In this document: positions 28,867-37,598 of the stretch, in pieces
Layout: every line of letters starts with the position of its first letter
How positions within the stretch are numbered: position 1 is the stretch's first letter
Assembly (NCBI GenBank): GCA_036012125.1
Contig: DASCOS010000002.1
Span: 108,327-172,326 of the forward strand
Origin: Vicinamibacterales bacterium
GTDB taxonomy: Bacteria > Acidobacteriota > Vicinamibacteria > Vicinamibacterales > UBA823
DNA length: 64,000 nucleotides
Direction: 5' to 3'
Position numbers and translations under genes: made by a program
Notes under the pieces: model-generated
The model's input: the letters and a program-made list of their open reading frames with translations, nothing else
What the model was told of the DNA's origin: nothing
Databases searched by the model: none

Positions 28867-29586
28867 TTGATATTGGCTGAGATGTTCGGTGACATTACCA
28901 ACCCCCAGGTGAGGGTGGGATCGCAGAAGTGGTACACCGTGCCGGTGTCGATTCTTCTGCATGTCCTTCTCGTTGGCGCGGTTATTATCGTTCCGTTAAT
29001 GGCGGCTGACATCCTGCCGACTCCACCAACGATGATGGCTTTCGTGGCTGCTCCACCGCCACCGCCGCCACCGCCGCCACCGCCACCACCACCAGCCTCT
29101 GTGGATAGACCGCCGCCACCGGACATCACCCCGGACGCTGCGCCGGTTCAGGCTCCTGAGCAAATCACTGCTGAAACCGGTATCACCATCGATACGGGAA
29201 TTGTCGGTGGTGTTGAAGGTGGCGTTGCTGGCGGTATTGTAGGCGGTGTTGTCGGTGGCCTAGACTTAGCGCCGCCACCACCGCCGCCACCACCAGCTGA
29301 GCCGATCCGTGTGGGTGGCAACATCAGGCCGCCGGCGAAGACCCGCGACGTGGCTCCGATCTATCCAGCGATTGCGCAGTCAGCTCGAGTGCAAGGGATT
29401 GTGATTATTGAAGCGACCATCGCAGCGGACGGTCGAGTGACTGATGCCAATGTGTTGCGCTCGATTCCTCTGCTTGATGCTGCCGCTCTGACGGCGGTGC
29501 GACAGTGGGAGTTTTCGCCGACGCTTCTGAATGGGATTCCTGTTCCAGTCATCATGACGGTGACGGTGAATTTCACGCTGCAGTAG
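28867..29586 (+). CDS. tonB: Energy transducer TonB
   Basis: 239 aa. An N-terminal transmembrane anchor is followed by poly-Pro tracts (PPPPPPPPPPPPPPP and PPPPPPPPAEP). The C-terminal TonB domain reads PIYPAIAQSARVQGIVIIEATI..DGRV......S.PLLD.AAL.AV.QW.F.P. The second in-frame TTG (28873) is better spaced from AGGAGG. Confidence 0.85.
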   Translation: MILAEMFGDITNPQVRVGSQKWYTVPVSILLHVLLVGAVIIVPLMAADILPTPPTMMAFVAAPPPPPPPPPPPPPPASVDRPPPPDITPDAAPVQAPEQITAETGITIDTGIVGGVEGGVAGGIVGGVVGGLDLAPPPPPPPPAEPIRVGGNIRPPAKTRDVAPIYPAIAQSARVQGIVIIEATIAADGRVTDANVLRSIPLLDAAALTAVRQWEFSPTLLNGIPVPVIMTVTVNFTLQ

Positions 29587-29705
29587 CGTGCTACGGTCGA
29601 CGGATTTGAGAGACAAGAATTTAATGAAGATGTGGAAGTGGGGCCGTCCTAGCGCCCACTCACCGGAGGCCGGAACAATCTGTTTTTTAAACGGGAGGAT
29701 GGGCG

Positions 29706-30389
29706 ATGGAAGGAACTAATTTAGTCGAGATGTGGGGACAGATGGGTTTTGTCGCGAAAGGGATCGCGGTCGTCCTCTTCTTCATGTCATTCTGGTCGGT
29801 CGGCGTGGCTGTTGAACGGATGTTTACCTTCATGCAGGCTCGGAAGCAGTCGAAGGAGTATGCACCGCAGGTGGCCAAGCACCTCAAGTCTGGTAGCTTG
29901 AAGGATGCGATTGCCCTTGCAAAGAAGGAAGACTACAAGTACAGCCACTTGGCCAAAGTCGTCACGGCGGGAATTCAGGAGTATCAGTTCCAGCAGGAAT
30001 CTGGTGGCGGCCGCCTGCAACGTGACGACATGCTGGATACTGTACGACGGGCGATTCAGCGTGCATCGGCTCTGACGGCCAACGACCTGAAGAAGGGTGT
30101 TCCGTCGTTGGCGACCATTGGTTCAACGGCGCCGTTTGTTGGCTTGCTTGGCACTGTTGTCGGTATTATCAACGCCTTTGTCGGCATTGCGTCGACTGGG
30201 TCTGGTGGTATTGGTGCGGTGTCCGCAGGTATCGCGGAGGCGCTTGTGGAGACCGCGCTCGGGCTCGTCGTGGCCATACCGGCGGTCTGGTTCTATAACT
30301 ATTTGACCGGCATAGTCGATTACTTCAACGTTGAGATGGACAACTCGGCATCTGAGTTGATTGACTACTTCATCAAGAAGACGGCGTAA
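29706..30389 (+). CDS. exbB: MotA/TolQ/ExbB proton-channel protein
   Basis: 227 aa with three transmembrane segments. LATIGSTAPFVGLLGTVVGII is the family signature. It follows tonB. Confidence 0.9.
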   Translation: MEGTNLVEMWGQMGFVAKGIAVVLFFMSFWSVGVAVERMFTFMQARKQSKEYAPQVAKHLKSGSLKDAIALAKKEDYKYSHLAKVVTAGIQEYQFQQESGGGRLQRDDMLDTVRRAIQRASALTANDLKKGVPSLATIGSTAPFVGLLGTVVGIINAFVGIASTGSGGIGAVSAGIAEALVETALGLVVAIPAVWFYNYLTGIVDYFNVEMDNSASELIDYFIKKTA

Positions 30390-30482
30390 TAGTCTGTCCG
30401 CTCACGTCTGCCATGGTGCCAAGCAGGTGCCATGGTGTGGCGCGGGACGCGCGTGTTTGCGTAACAGACAAGGAGACTCTTT

Positions 30483-30917
30483 ATGGCTATGGACCTGGGC
30501 GGCGCCAAAGGCGGGGTCAAGTCCGACATCAACGTCACACCACTGGTTGACGTGATGCTGGTGCTCCTGATCATTATGATGCTCGTTGCCCCAATGTTGC
30601 AGCAAGGTGTCGATGTTCGGCTGCCACAGGCAGCGAACACAGTCGACAAACCGGAGACGCAGGGCCAGACGGTACTGTCGATAACTGCCGACAGGCGGTT
30701 TTATGTCAATTCCGTCCAGGTGGCTGAAACCGAGATGCTGAATCGCATCCAGGGCGCGCTTGAAGAGACGCGTGAGCGGATTGTCTTGATTAAAGGCGAT
30801 GAAGATGCGTCGTATGGCTCGATCATGACGGTCATGGATGAATTGCGGCGGGTTGGTATCGAGGACGTCGGTCTTATCGTCGATCGCCGGCTGCGGGCAG
30901 GCATCGGAGGTGACTAG
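30483..30917 (+). CDS. exbD: Biopolymer transport protein ExbD/TolR (copy 1)
   Basis: 144 aa. INVTPLVDVMLVLLIIMM, then a periplasmic domain ending with D.....G.IM.VMD.L...G. Confidence 0.9.
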   Translation: MAMDLGGAKGGVKSDINVTPLVDVMLVLLIIMMLVAPMLQQGVDVRLPQAANTVDKPETQGQTVLSITADRRFYVNSVQVAETEMLNRIQGALEETRERIVLIKGDEDASYGSIMTVMDELRRVGIEDVGLIVDRRLRAGIGGD

Positions 30918-30919
30918 TA

Positions 30920-31381
30920 ATGGCAAGAATGAAAGAAAAGACGAACAAGGGTGCGCACATGGAGACCAGCTGTGACATGAATGTCACGCCGCTGATTGAT
31001 GTGCTTCTCGTGCTGCTTATTATCTTCATGGCCGCGCTTCCGCTTACTCAGAAGGGCGTTGATATTAACCTTCCGGCTGAGACACGCTCAGCGAATCAAG
31101 CACAGCCTGATACCAGTCAGATTGTGCTTGAATACACCGCTGACCGTCGTGTGTCAGTGAATAAACAAGAGGTTCAGCTCCGCGAGGTAGCCGCTCGTCT
31201 GCGAACCATCTTTGAGCAGCGGAAGGACAAGACGATGTTCATTGCTGGAGCAGCCACCTTGCGCTACGGTGAAATCATCGACATCATCGACGCGGCGAAA
31301 GGTGCGGGTGTTGACAAGGTCGGCATCGTTACCGATGGTATGCGTCAGGCAGCTGGTGTAACGGGTGGTGGGGGAGGCTAG
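30920..31381 (+). CDS. exbD: Biopolymer transport protein ExbD/TolR (copy 2)
   Basis: 153 aa. MNVTPLIDVLLVLLIIFM, plus a poly-Gly tail. It starts 2 nt after copy 1. Confidence 0.9.
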   Translation: MARMKEKTNKGAHMETSCDMNVTPLIDVLLVLLIIFMAALPLTQKGVDINLPAETRSANQAQPDTSQIVLEYTADRRVSVNKQEVQLREVAARLRTIFEQRKDKTMFIAGAATLRYGEIIDIIDAAKGAGVDKVGIVTDGMRQAAGVTGGGGG

Positions 31382-31405
31382 GCTCAACTCCTCAAGATCG
31401 ATTTG

Positions 31406-31444
31406 AACGGCGGCGCGTGCACTGTGTGTATGCGCCGTTTTTTT
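31406..31444 (+). terminator. Intrinsic terminator of the tonB-exbBD operon
   Basis: AACGGCG...CGCCGTT forms a GC-rich hairpin followed by a T7 run (31438-31444). It begins 25 nt after the exbD stop. Confidence 0.6.
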
Positions 31445-31730
31445 GAGTACCATTTTCCTACCAGACCAGAATCTTCGAGTTAAGACTGAAACCTTCAAAA
31501 GGGTAAGAGATTTGGTTTCTTGCTCGAAATATCTCCACGTTGATACAGTTGAGGTCTAACACCTAGGTATTTCTCCGGTCTTTCCTCAGTTTCCTTGCGT
31601 GTTTGATGCAGATAGCTATTCGGGCGGCTCTAACATTCTTGCGTTAGCGAGGAGGAATCTTTAATTGACCTTTGGCGTTGCCGGGCAGACGAAGACTGCA
31701 GTTTGTTCGAGGTGTGGCGGTGAAGGCCTA

Positions 31731-31768
31731 GAAAAAACGGCCAGCCCCCTAAAGGGAACCGGCCGTTT
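31731..31768 (-). terminator. Intrinsic terminator of the TPR lipoprotein gene
   Basis: On the minus strand the sequence reads AACGGCCgg...ctGGCCGTT followed by TTTTTTC. It lies about 27 nt after the stop at 31795. Confidence 0.55.
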
Positions 31769-31794
31769 CGTGTCCGTGTGCGAGCAAACGTTGA

Positions 31795-32826
31795 TTAACC
31801 GCCGCTGGAGGCCGCCGCCGCCGCCGCAACAGCTCGCTCCTGTTGTTCGAGACGGAGCTCGTTTGCCCGTTCGCGAAGTGCATCTGCCTCGGCGATCAAG
31901 GCATCTTGTGTTGCCTTATTGGTCGTGGCGTTTGCTTGCATTCTGAGTAGGATGTTCTTGTAGGTCATTGCTTCGTGGTAGTCATCCTTCAACTCGAGTG
32001 CTTGATCTACTTCAACGATGCCTTCCGCAACGTACCCTGCCTTTTCCTCTTCATCTAATCGGAAGTCGCGAAACGCTTTCTCCCAGAAATACGTAGCGAG
32101 TGTGTAATACGCTTCTGGGTTGTCCGGCTCGATCGCCGCTCTACTTCTAAGTGCTGTGATCGTCTCCTCGAACATCTCTTGACGGTTGAAGAACGCAGCC
32201 AATTGTAAGTAGACCGAAGGATCGCGAGGCTGGAGGTCAACGACGTTTCTGAGGATCGTCTCGGCCTCTTGGGCCTGCCCTGAGTCTTCATAGAGTCGTG
32301 CCAGTGCAAAGTGATTGGCGACCTCGTCAGGGTTTAACTCGATCATCCTGCGGATGATCGGCTCAGCTGCACCTGGGTTGTTCAATTTATCCGGACCATA
32401 AGTGGCTACGAGGTATTCCATCGACAGTTGCTGCATATCCGGGTTGTCGATAATCTGCTCAGAAGCCAATCGGTAGTTCTCGACTGCTTTTTCCAGTAAG
32501 ACGTCATTCTCTGGCTCGCCACGCCGACTCGGTCTATACATTTGGTCGTAGCTGTTTCCCAGATAGAAATAGGCAACACGGAGCTCGGGTGCAGAATCGA
32601 ACGCGCCGCTGTCGGCTACCGTTAGCTCGTAAGCGTGCGCGGCCCGCTCGTACTCAGCCTGCGTGTACAGGCCATTCGCTTCCTTGAAATTCTTTCGAGC
32701 CATGAGCATGGAGTAGTAGTCACAGCCGGCTAGTGAAACGCTTAGCGCCGCCACGATGGTCAACCGCGGCATAATCCGTCGCATATTCATGATTTCCCCT
32801 TTTAACTGCATCTCGAGTCTCTCCAT
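31795..32826 (-). CDS. TPR-repeat lipoprotein
   Basis: 343 aa. Lipobox SLAGC follows a signal peptide; the start is probably Met-13 (32790) or Met-15 (32784). Several A..Y..A......P....A...L 34-residue TPR-like repeats are present. The C-terminus is an Ala-rich coiled segment. It is convergent with the exbD genes. Confidence 0.7.
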   Translation of the reverse strand: MERLEMQLKGEIMNMRRIMPRLTIVAALSVSLAGCDYYSMLMARKNFKEANGLYTQAEYERAAHAYELTVADSGAFDSAPELRVAYFYLGNSYDQMYRPSRRGEPENDVLLEKAVENYRLASEQIIDNPDMQQLSMEYLVATYGPDKLNNPGAAEPIIRRMIELNPDEVANHFALARLYEDSGQAQEAETILRNVVDLQPRDPSVYLQLAAFFNRQEMFEETITALRSRAAIEPDNPEAYYTLATYFWEKAFRDFRLDEEEKAGYVAEGIVEVDQALELKDDYHEAMTYKNILLRMQANATTNKATQDALIAEADALRERANELRLEQQERAVAAAAAASSGG

Positions 32827-33106
32827 TTAGAGCACGGAAACCTGTTGACCAAAACCCGGTCAAAGGGGGGCGAGAAATCTCGGGCAAGACCCGCGAGAAC
32901 GCCCCGAACCGAGCCAGTATAGTGAACCAAAAAACGACCCGTCAAGCTTGTTTGAGGTTTTGGTCGATTAACCTTCACAGGCTTCTAGGCTGCCCGCGCA
33001 CTGGTTGTGGAACCCTAACGTCCTTGACCGGTTCCAAGAGCCGTCTCTATCATGGTGTCAGGATGGTCCACAAGTAACGGATCTCATTACTGGAACACCG
33101 CTTGTC

Positions 33107-35263
33107 ATGATTCAGTTCGAAGAACTTATCGAGAAGGTTCGGCGGAATAGCCCGGACGCCAATATTGAACTTCTGAGGCGGGCTTATACCTTCTCGGCTA
33201 CGGAGCACGAAGGCCAAGTCCGTCGTTCGGGCGAGCCTTACCTTGGCCATCCACTTGAAGTTGCCGACTTCCTGGCCGATATGCACCTTGACTCTGTAGC
33301 CATTGCGGCAGCGCTGCTCCACGACGTCGTCGAAGACACATTAACTACTATCGAACGAATTGAAGAGGGTTTTGGACCAGAAGTAGCGCATGTGGTAGCG
33401 GGCGTGACGAAGCTTGGCGCGATACCGTTTTCATCTTCGGAGGAGCGTCAGGCTGAAAACTTCCGAAAGATGCTTCTAGCGATGGTTGACGACGTTCGTG
33501 TCATCCTGGTGAAACTAGGAGATCGACTCCACAACATGCGTACGCTGGATCATCTACCGGAGGCTCACCGGATCCGCATCGCGCAGGAAACGAAAGACAT
33601 CTACGCTCCGATTGCCAACCGGCTCGGGATGAGCAAAGTAAAGAATGAGCTCGAAGAGCTAGCGTTTCACCATTTAGAACCTCGAGCCTACGAGGCCTTG
33701 CGTATAAAGGTCGAAGACCGCCGGCGCGTAAGCGAAGGGCAAATCGAGGAGCTCAGGCAGACCATCGCGACTAAGCTCACCGATGCGCAGATTCCCATTG
33801 AGTACCTGGAGGGGCGGATTAAACGCCTCTTTAGTATTCATCAAAAGCTTAGACGACAACGAATCAACATAGACCAAGTATACGACTTGGTGGCTCTACG
33901 CTTAGTCACACACACGACCAAGGATTGTTATGCAGCGCTCGGAATCATTCACCATACTTGGTCCCCTGTGCCTGGACGGATCAAGGACTTTATTGCGATG
34001 CCTAGACCTAACGGATATCAGTCACTTCACACCTCGGTAGTGAGTGAACGAGGATTCGCGTTCGAGGTCCAAATCCGAACGGCAGAGATGCACCGAGTGG
34101 CTGAGGAAGGGATCGCGGCGCACTGGAAGTACAAGGAAGGCCGGATTGGCGCTAATCGCGACGAGCAATACTTTCTCTGGCTCCGACAAATGCTCGAATG
34201 GAATCAGGAGGTCCGCGACCCTCAGGAGTTTATGCAGAGCCTGAAGGTCGATCTTTATCCAGAAGAGGTCTACTGCTTCACGCCTCGCGGCGAGGTGAAA
34301 TCACTTCCCCGTGGAGCAACGATCATCGATTTTGCCTACACGGTACATACCGATGTCGGGCACCAATGTACCGGGGGAAGGCTGAATGGGAAGATGGTGC
34401 CGTTACGTACCCAATTGAAGAACGGTGACATTGTTGAAATTGTGACCACCCAGGGTCGTCGTCCGAGTCGGGACTGGCTGAGTATTGTGGTGACCTCACG
34501 GGCGAGAAACAAGATTCGTCATTTCATTAATGCCGAAGAGAAAACCCGCGCCACGGAAATCGGTCGGAAGCTTCTTGAACGAGAAGCTCGCCGGTGCAAC
34601 ATCAAAATTAAGTCGAAGCTAACTGCTCAGTCGATGACCCGACTAGCGGCAGAATACGGCTTTCCGAAAATCGAGGAGTTGTACGCCAAGATCGGTTATG
34701 GGAAGGTTGCCGCGAGGCACGTACTTGGAAAGCTTGTGCCCGAGTCTGACCTATCGGACCATGGGGCTAAGAACGAAGTCGCGGCCCCACCGGTGGCAAA
34801 CGTTCAGTCAAGTAAAGAACGCATCACAGTGCGCGGATTCGACGATCTTTTGGTGTTCCGTGCACGTTGTTGCAATCCGATTCGCGATGAATCGATTGTT
34901 GGCTATATCACGCGCGGCAAAGGCGTCTCGGTCCACGCTACGGACTGCCCGAATGTTCTCAATCTACTCTATGATCCCGAACGGCGCATCGATGTAGTGT
35001 GGGATAGATATGATGATCCGACGCCTTACATCGTCCACTTGGCGATCCAGATCGAAGATCGGCAAGGCATTCTGGCGGATGTCAGTGCACAGATCGCAAA
35101 CATTGATACCAACATCAAGAACATCGAGGCGACGACCTTTGACGATCAACGAGGTCGAATTAACGTCACTGTTGAGGTCCGTAACGTCGAACACCTTCAA
35201 CGCGTGCTCGAGTCACTTCGCGGTGTTTCCGGTGTGCTAGACGTCGAACGGGCAGCGGGCTGA
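33107..35263 (+). CDS. spoT: Bifunctional (p)ppGpp synthetase/hydrolase (RSH family)
   Basis: The track ORF begins at TTG 33005, but ATG 33107 (MIQFEELIEKV) fits the family N-terminus. It has an HD hydrolase domain (HPLEVA..., LHDVVEDT), a synthetase domain (GYQSLHT, EVQIRT..MH..AE), a TGS domain (VYCFTPRGEV..LP.GAT..DFAY) and an ACT domain. Confidence 0.93.
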   Translation: MIQFEELIEKVRRNSPDANIELLRRAYTFSATEHEGQVRRSGEPYLGHPLEVADFLADMHLDSVAIAAALLHDVVEDTLTTIERIEEGFGPEVAHVVAGVTKLGAIPFSSSEERQAENFRKMLLAMVDDVRVILVKLGDRLHNMRTLDHLPEAHRIRIAQETKDIYAPIANRLGMSKVKNELEELAFHHLEPRAYEALRIKVEDRRRVSEGQIEELRQTIATKLTDAQIPIEYLEGRIKRLFSIHQKLRRQRINIDQVYDLVALRLVTHTTKDCYAALGIIHHTWSPVPGRIKDFIAMPRPNGYQSLHTSVVSERGFAFEVQIRTAEMHRVAEEGIAAHWKYKEGRIGANRDEQYFLWLRQMLEWNQEVRDPQEFMQSLKVDLYPEEVYCFTPRGEVKSLPRGATIIDFAYTVHTDVGHQCTGGRLNGKMVPLRTQLKNGDIVEIVTTQGRRPSRDWLSIVVTSRARNKIRHFINAEEKTRATEIGRKLLEREARRCNIKIKSKLTAQSMTRLAAEYGFPKIEELYAKIGYGKVAARHVLGKLVPESDLSDHGAKNEVAAPPVANVQSSKERITVRGFDDLLVFRARCCNPIRDESIVGYITRGKGVSVHATDCPNVLNLLYDPERRIDVVWDRYDDPTPYIVHLAIQIEDRQGILADVSAQIANIDTNIKNIEATTFDDQRGRINVTVEVRNVEHLQRVLESLRGVSGVLDVERAAG

Positions 35264-35266
35264 GAA

Positions 35267-35644
35267 TCAAAGTAGAGCGATCGCGTCGATCTCTACCCGA
35301 GCATCTTTTGGTAAGCGTGCGACTTGGAAGGCTGCTCGGGCAGGTTCCGGTGTCTCGAAGTAGTTACCGTAAATTTCGTTGACCACAGCAAAGTCGCTCA
35401 GGTCGGCCAGAAAGATCGTTGTTCGAACGACGTGGTCGAACGACACGTTGGCAGCGGCAAGGATGCTGGCGATGTTCTTCATGACCTGTTCGGTCTGCGC
35501 CTTGATATCGCCTTTCACCATTTCTCCAGTTGACGGGTCCAGTGGAATTTGGCCAGATACGAACAGAAGTTCACCGGTCCTAATAGCCTGTGAATAAGGT
35601 CCGATTGCTTGGGGTGCGTCCTGAGTGTGGATGGCTTGCCGCAT
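35267..35644 (-). CDS. ridA: RidA/YjgF-family reactive-intermediate deaminase
   Basis: 125 aa. Motifs [20 protein letters not shown], and [22 protein letters not shown] at the C-terminus. Confidence 0.9.
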   Translation of the reverse strand: MRQAIHTQDAPQAIGPYSQAIRTGELLFVSGQIPLDPSTGEMVKGDIKAQTEQVMKNIASILAAANVSFDHVVRTTIFLADLSDFAVVNEIYGNYFETPEPARAAFQVARLPKDARVEIDAIALL

Positions 35645-35662
35645 AGGGGAGGGTGTGCCTTA

Positions 35663-35854
35663 CTAGGCTGCCTTAGCGACCTTGCCGGAGCGCAGACAGC
35701 GGGTACAAACACGGATTCGTTTGACGCTTCCGTCGATTATCGCTCGGACCATCTGAATGTTTGCCTGGAATCGCCTCGGGGTCACATTGTGGGCGTGGCT
35801 GACGTTACGGCCTACCCTAGGACCCTTACCGCAAATTTCACACCGTCGCGCCAT
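35663..35854 (-). CDS. rpmB: 50S ribosomal protein L28 (Cys-containing C+ form)
   Basis: 63 aa: MARRCEICGKGPRVGRNVSHAHNVTPRRF.AN. It has CxxC...CxxC (C5, C8, C50, C53). Confidence 0.95.
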   Translation of the reverse strand: MARRCEICGKGPRVGRNVSHAHNVTPRRFQANIQMVRAIIDGSVKRIRVCTRCLRSGKVAKAA

Positions 35855-35965
35855 TTCGGTTTCTCCTTGATGTCGTCGGGAACGCCTCAGACCACCACCG
35901 CGATGCGCTCCTATAGTACCAAACGAACCAACAATTATAGCATTCGAGAAGAGGTGCGCCAGCGG

Positions 35966-36724
35966 CTATGGCACGATCAGTCCTTTGGCTGTGTTTGAGG
36001 GGGGATCGGAACTCTCAGAACTAGGGGCGTTGCCAGCTATTGTCGAATCTTGTTGTTGACCGTCCGGCTTGGACTCCACGGCATGCTCAGCGATACTGCG
36101 CAGAATACCGTCTAGGATAAGGTGAAGGTAGGCATCATCTCCGCCACCCAATGCAGCTCCTGCGTCCCGGCAGGCCCGCTCGGTACGATGTAAGACGGTC
36201 ACAAAGTCGAGGTCGAGCGAGGTTGGCCCATTCTTCCTCTGTGCTTCGATGGCTGCTTTCAGACCTTGTTCTAGGCGCTGAGCGGGTAATGACGATGCAC
36301 TATGTTCGTAAATGATGCCACGTCGTTCCGTTTCGAGTGTGGCGGCCAGCGCATGAACGGCGTCAGCGACATCTAGGTCCGTTAATCGCTGAAGCGCCTC
36401 AGGGCGGTGACGCGCGATGACGCCCTGAACGAATAGGAATAGTCGGTATTGCCGTTCTGATAAGTCCCGAATTAACGGTACGAGAAAGCGTGCCTCACGC
36501 TCGTGCCGCCGCTGGACCAAGGCCGGTGGATGTTGTTGCGCGGTTGCCAGATAGGTGCAATCTGACGGGCATGCTATTTCATGCAAGCGCTTCGTGCCGC
36601 AGCATGTGGGGCAAATCAACCCAGTTAACGCTGGGCAGGTCCGCCGCCCCTTCCGCTTTCCACACGAGATGCATCGATTGTCTGACTTTGGGGCCATAGG
36701 CAAGGAGCCGACCCAGCGTCGCAC
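35966..36724 (-). CDS. Hypothetical protein with an N-terminal 8-Cys zinc-ribbon-like module and a helical C-terminal region
   Basis: 252 aa. The Cys pattern is CISCGKRKGRRTCPALTGLICPTCCGTKRLHEIACPSDC (C-x2-C-x8-C-x7-C-x2-CC-x9-C-x3-C). The rest is Ala/Leu/Arg-rich with a low-complexity tail. I recognise no family. Confidence 0.5.
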   Translation of the reverse strand: MRRWVGSLPMAPKSDNRCISCGKRKGRRTCPALTGLICPTCCGTKRLHEIACPSDCTYLATAQQHPPALVQRRHEREARFLVPLIRDLSERQYRLFLFVQGVIARHRPEALQRLTDLDVADAVHALAATLETERRGIIYEHSASSLPAQRLEQGLKAAIEAQRKNGPTSLDLDFVTVLHRTERACRDAGAALGGGDDAYLHLILDGILRSIAEHAVESKPDGQQQDSTIAGNAPSSESSDPPSNTAKGLIVP

Positions 36725-37099
36725 AATCGTCCTGAAGGGTCAAACCCCATTGTCCTAGTGCACAGGATTTCTAGGTTACGGCCGATAAAGGTCTTGTAGT
36801 GATGAGGGGCGGACACGGGCTAGACGCCCCTCTGGACCAGCTTTTCTTGGGTTGTTTAGGAGAAATAAGGAACTAAATTAGGGCGTTCAGCAACCAAATC
36901 CAGCCTTATGGCGTCTATACATGTGGTTGCCCTCGCCATCCAACTTTTGACGGTCTGGTTAGAAGAAATCTAGTCAGTACGAGCCACGTGGAATTAATGC
37001 GGGGCAATGCGATACGAAGGCCGGTCTCACCGAGGAAATCTTGAGGCTGCTTGGTGTTTCCGGACTGTGCGGCGGGTATTGGTAAGGAGAAACAACTTC

Positions 37100-37543
37100 A
37101 TGGCGACGACAACATATCCTGTAGAAAGTGAGCGCTGTGCTGAGCTGAGACGTATTCTTGAAGAGCGGCGCCAGGACATGATGGTCGAGGTGCACGACCG
37201 AATGCGCGTTGTACGTGCTGAAGGCAACAGTGCTACGATGCACGGCGTTCTCGATTCGGTGGAGACTTCTGAGGCGGATATTCAGGACGAACTAGAGTTC
37301 TCCCTAATTCAGATGAAAGCCGAGACGCTGAGCAAGATCGATGGGGCACTCCAGCGGCTCAAGGTTGGAGCCTATGGTAATTGTTTTGAGTGCGGAGAAG
37401 AGATTTCCGAACAGCGATTACGGGCCCTACCTTTCGCGATAAGGTGCACAGTCTGCGAAGAGGAGCGAGAACAAGCAACGCGGAAAAGCACAACCCAGGA
37501 GCGTAGTGACTTGGAAGCACTGTTCGTAGATTTCGCGAGTTAA
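37100..37543 (+). CDS. dksA: DksA/TraR-family C4 zinc-finger protein
   Basis: The track ORF starts at 37007, but ATG 37100 has AAGGAGA 7 nt upstream. A coiled-coil region is followed by CFECGEEISEQRLRALPFAIRCTVCEE. Confidence 0.8.
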   Translation: MATTTYPVESERCAELRRILEERRQDMMVEVHDRMRVVRAEGNSATMHGVLDSVETSEADIQDELEFSLIQMKAETLSKIDGALQRLKVGAYGNCFECGEEISEQRLRALPFAIRCTVCEEEREQATRKSTTQERSDLEALFVDFAS

Positions 37544-37598
37544 ACCAACAAGGCTGATTGCCTAGAATTCTTCGCTTCAGGCAAACCGCGACCTAAAG

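Noticed and set aside
28815-29129. A 104-aa minus-strand ORF with a poly-Gly run
   Set aside because: It is the reverse complement of the TonB poly-Pro tract, so it is an antisense artefact.
29040-29300. Repetitive CCGCCACCG-type DNA that could be read as a tandem repeat or an array
   Set aside because: It is in frame within tonB and encodes the expected Pro-rich linker. It has no spacer/repeat periodicity of the CRISPR type.
31665-31946. A 93-aa plus-strand ORF with GAGGAGG 9 nt upstream of a TTG
   Set aside because: It reads through the terminator hairpin at 31731-31768 and then runs antisense into the TPR lipoprotein gene. Its composition (Arg/Pro-rich) is typical of an antisense frame.
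32840-32870. The palindrome TTGACC-aaaaccc-GGTCAA between the TPR lipoprotein gene and relA/spoT
   Set aside because: It is a short 6-bp arm that could easily arise by chance, and I saw no second copy. I note it only as a possible operator.
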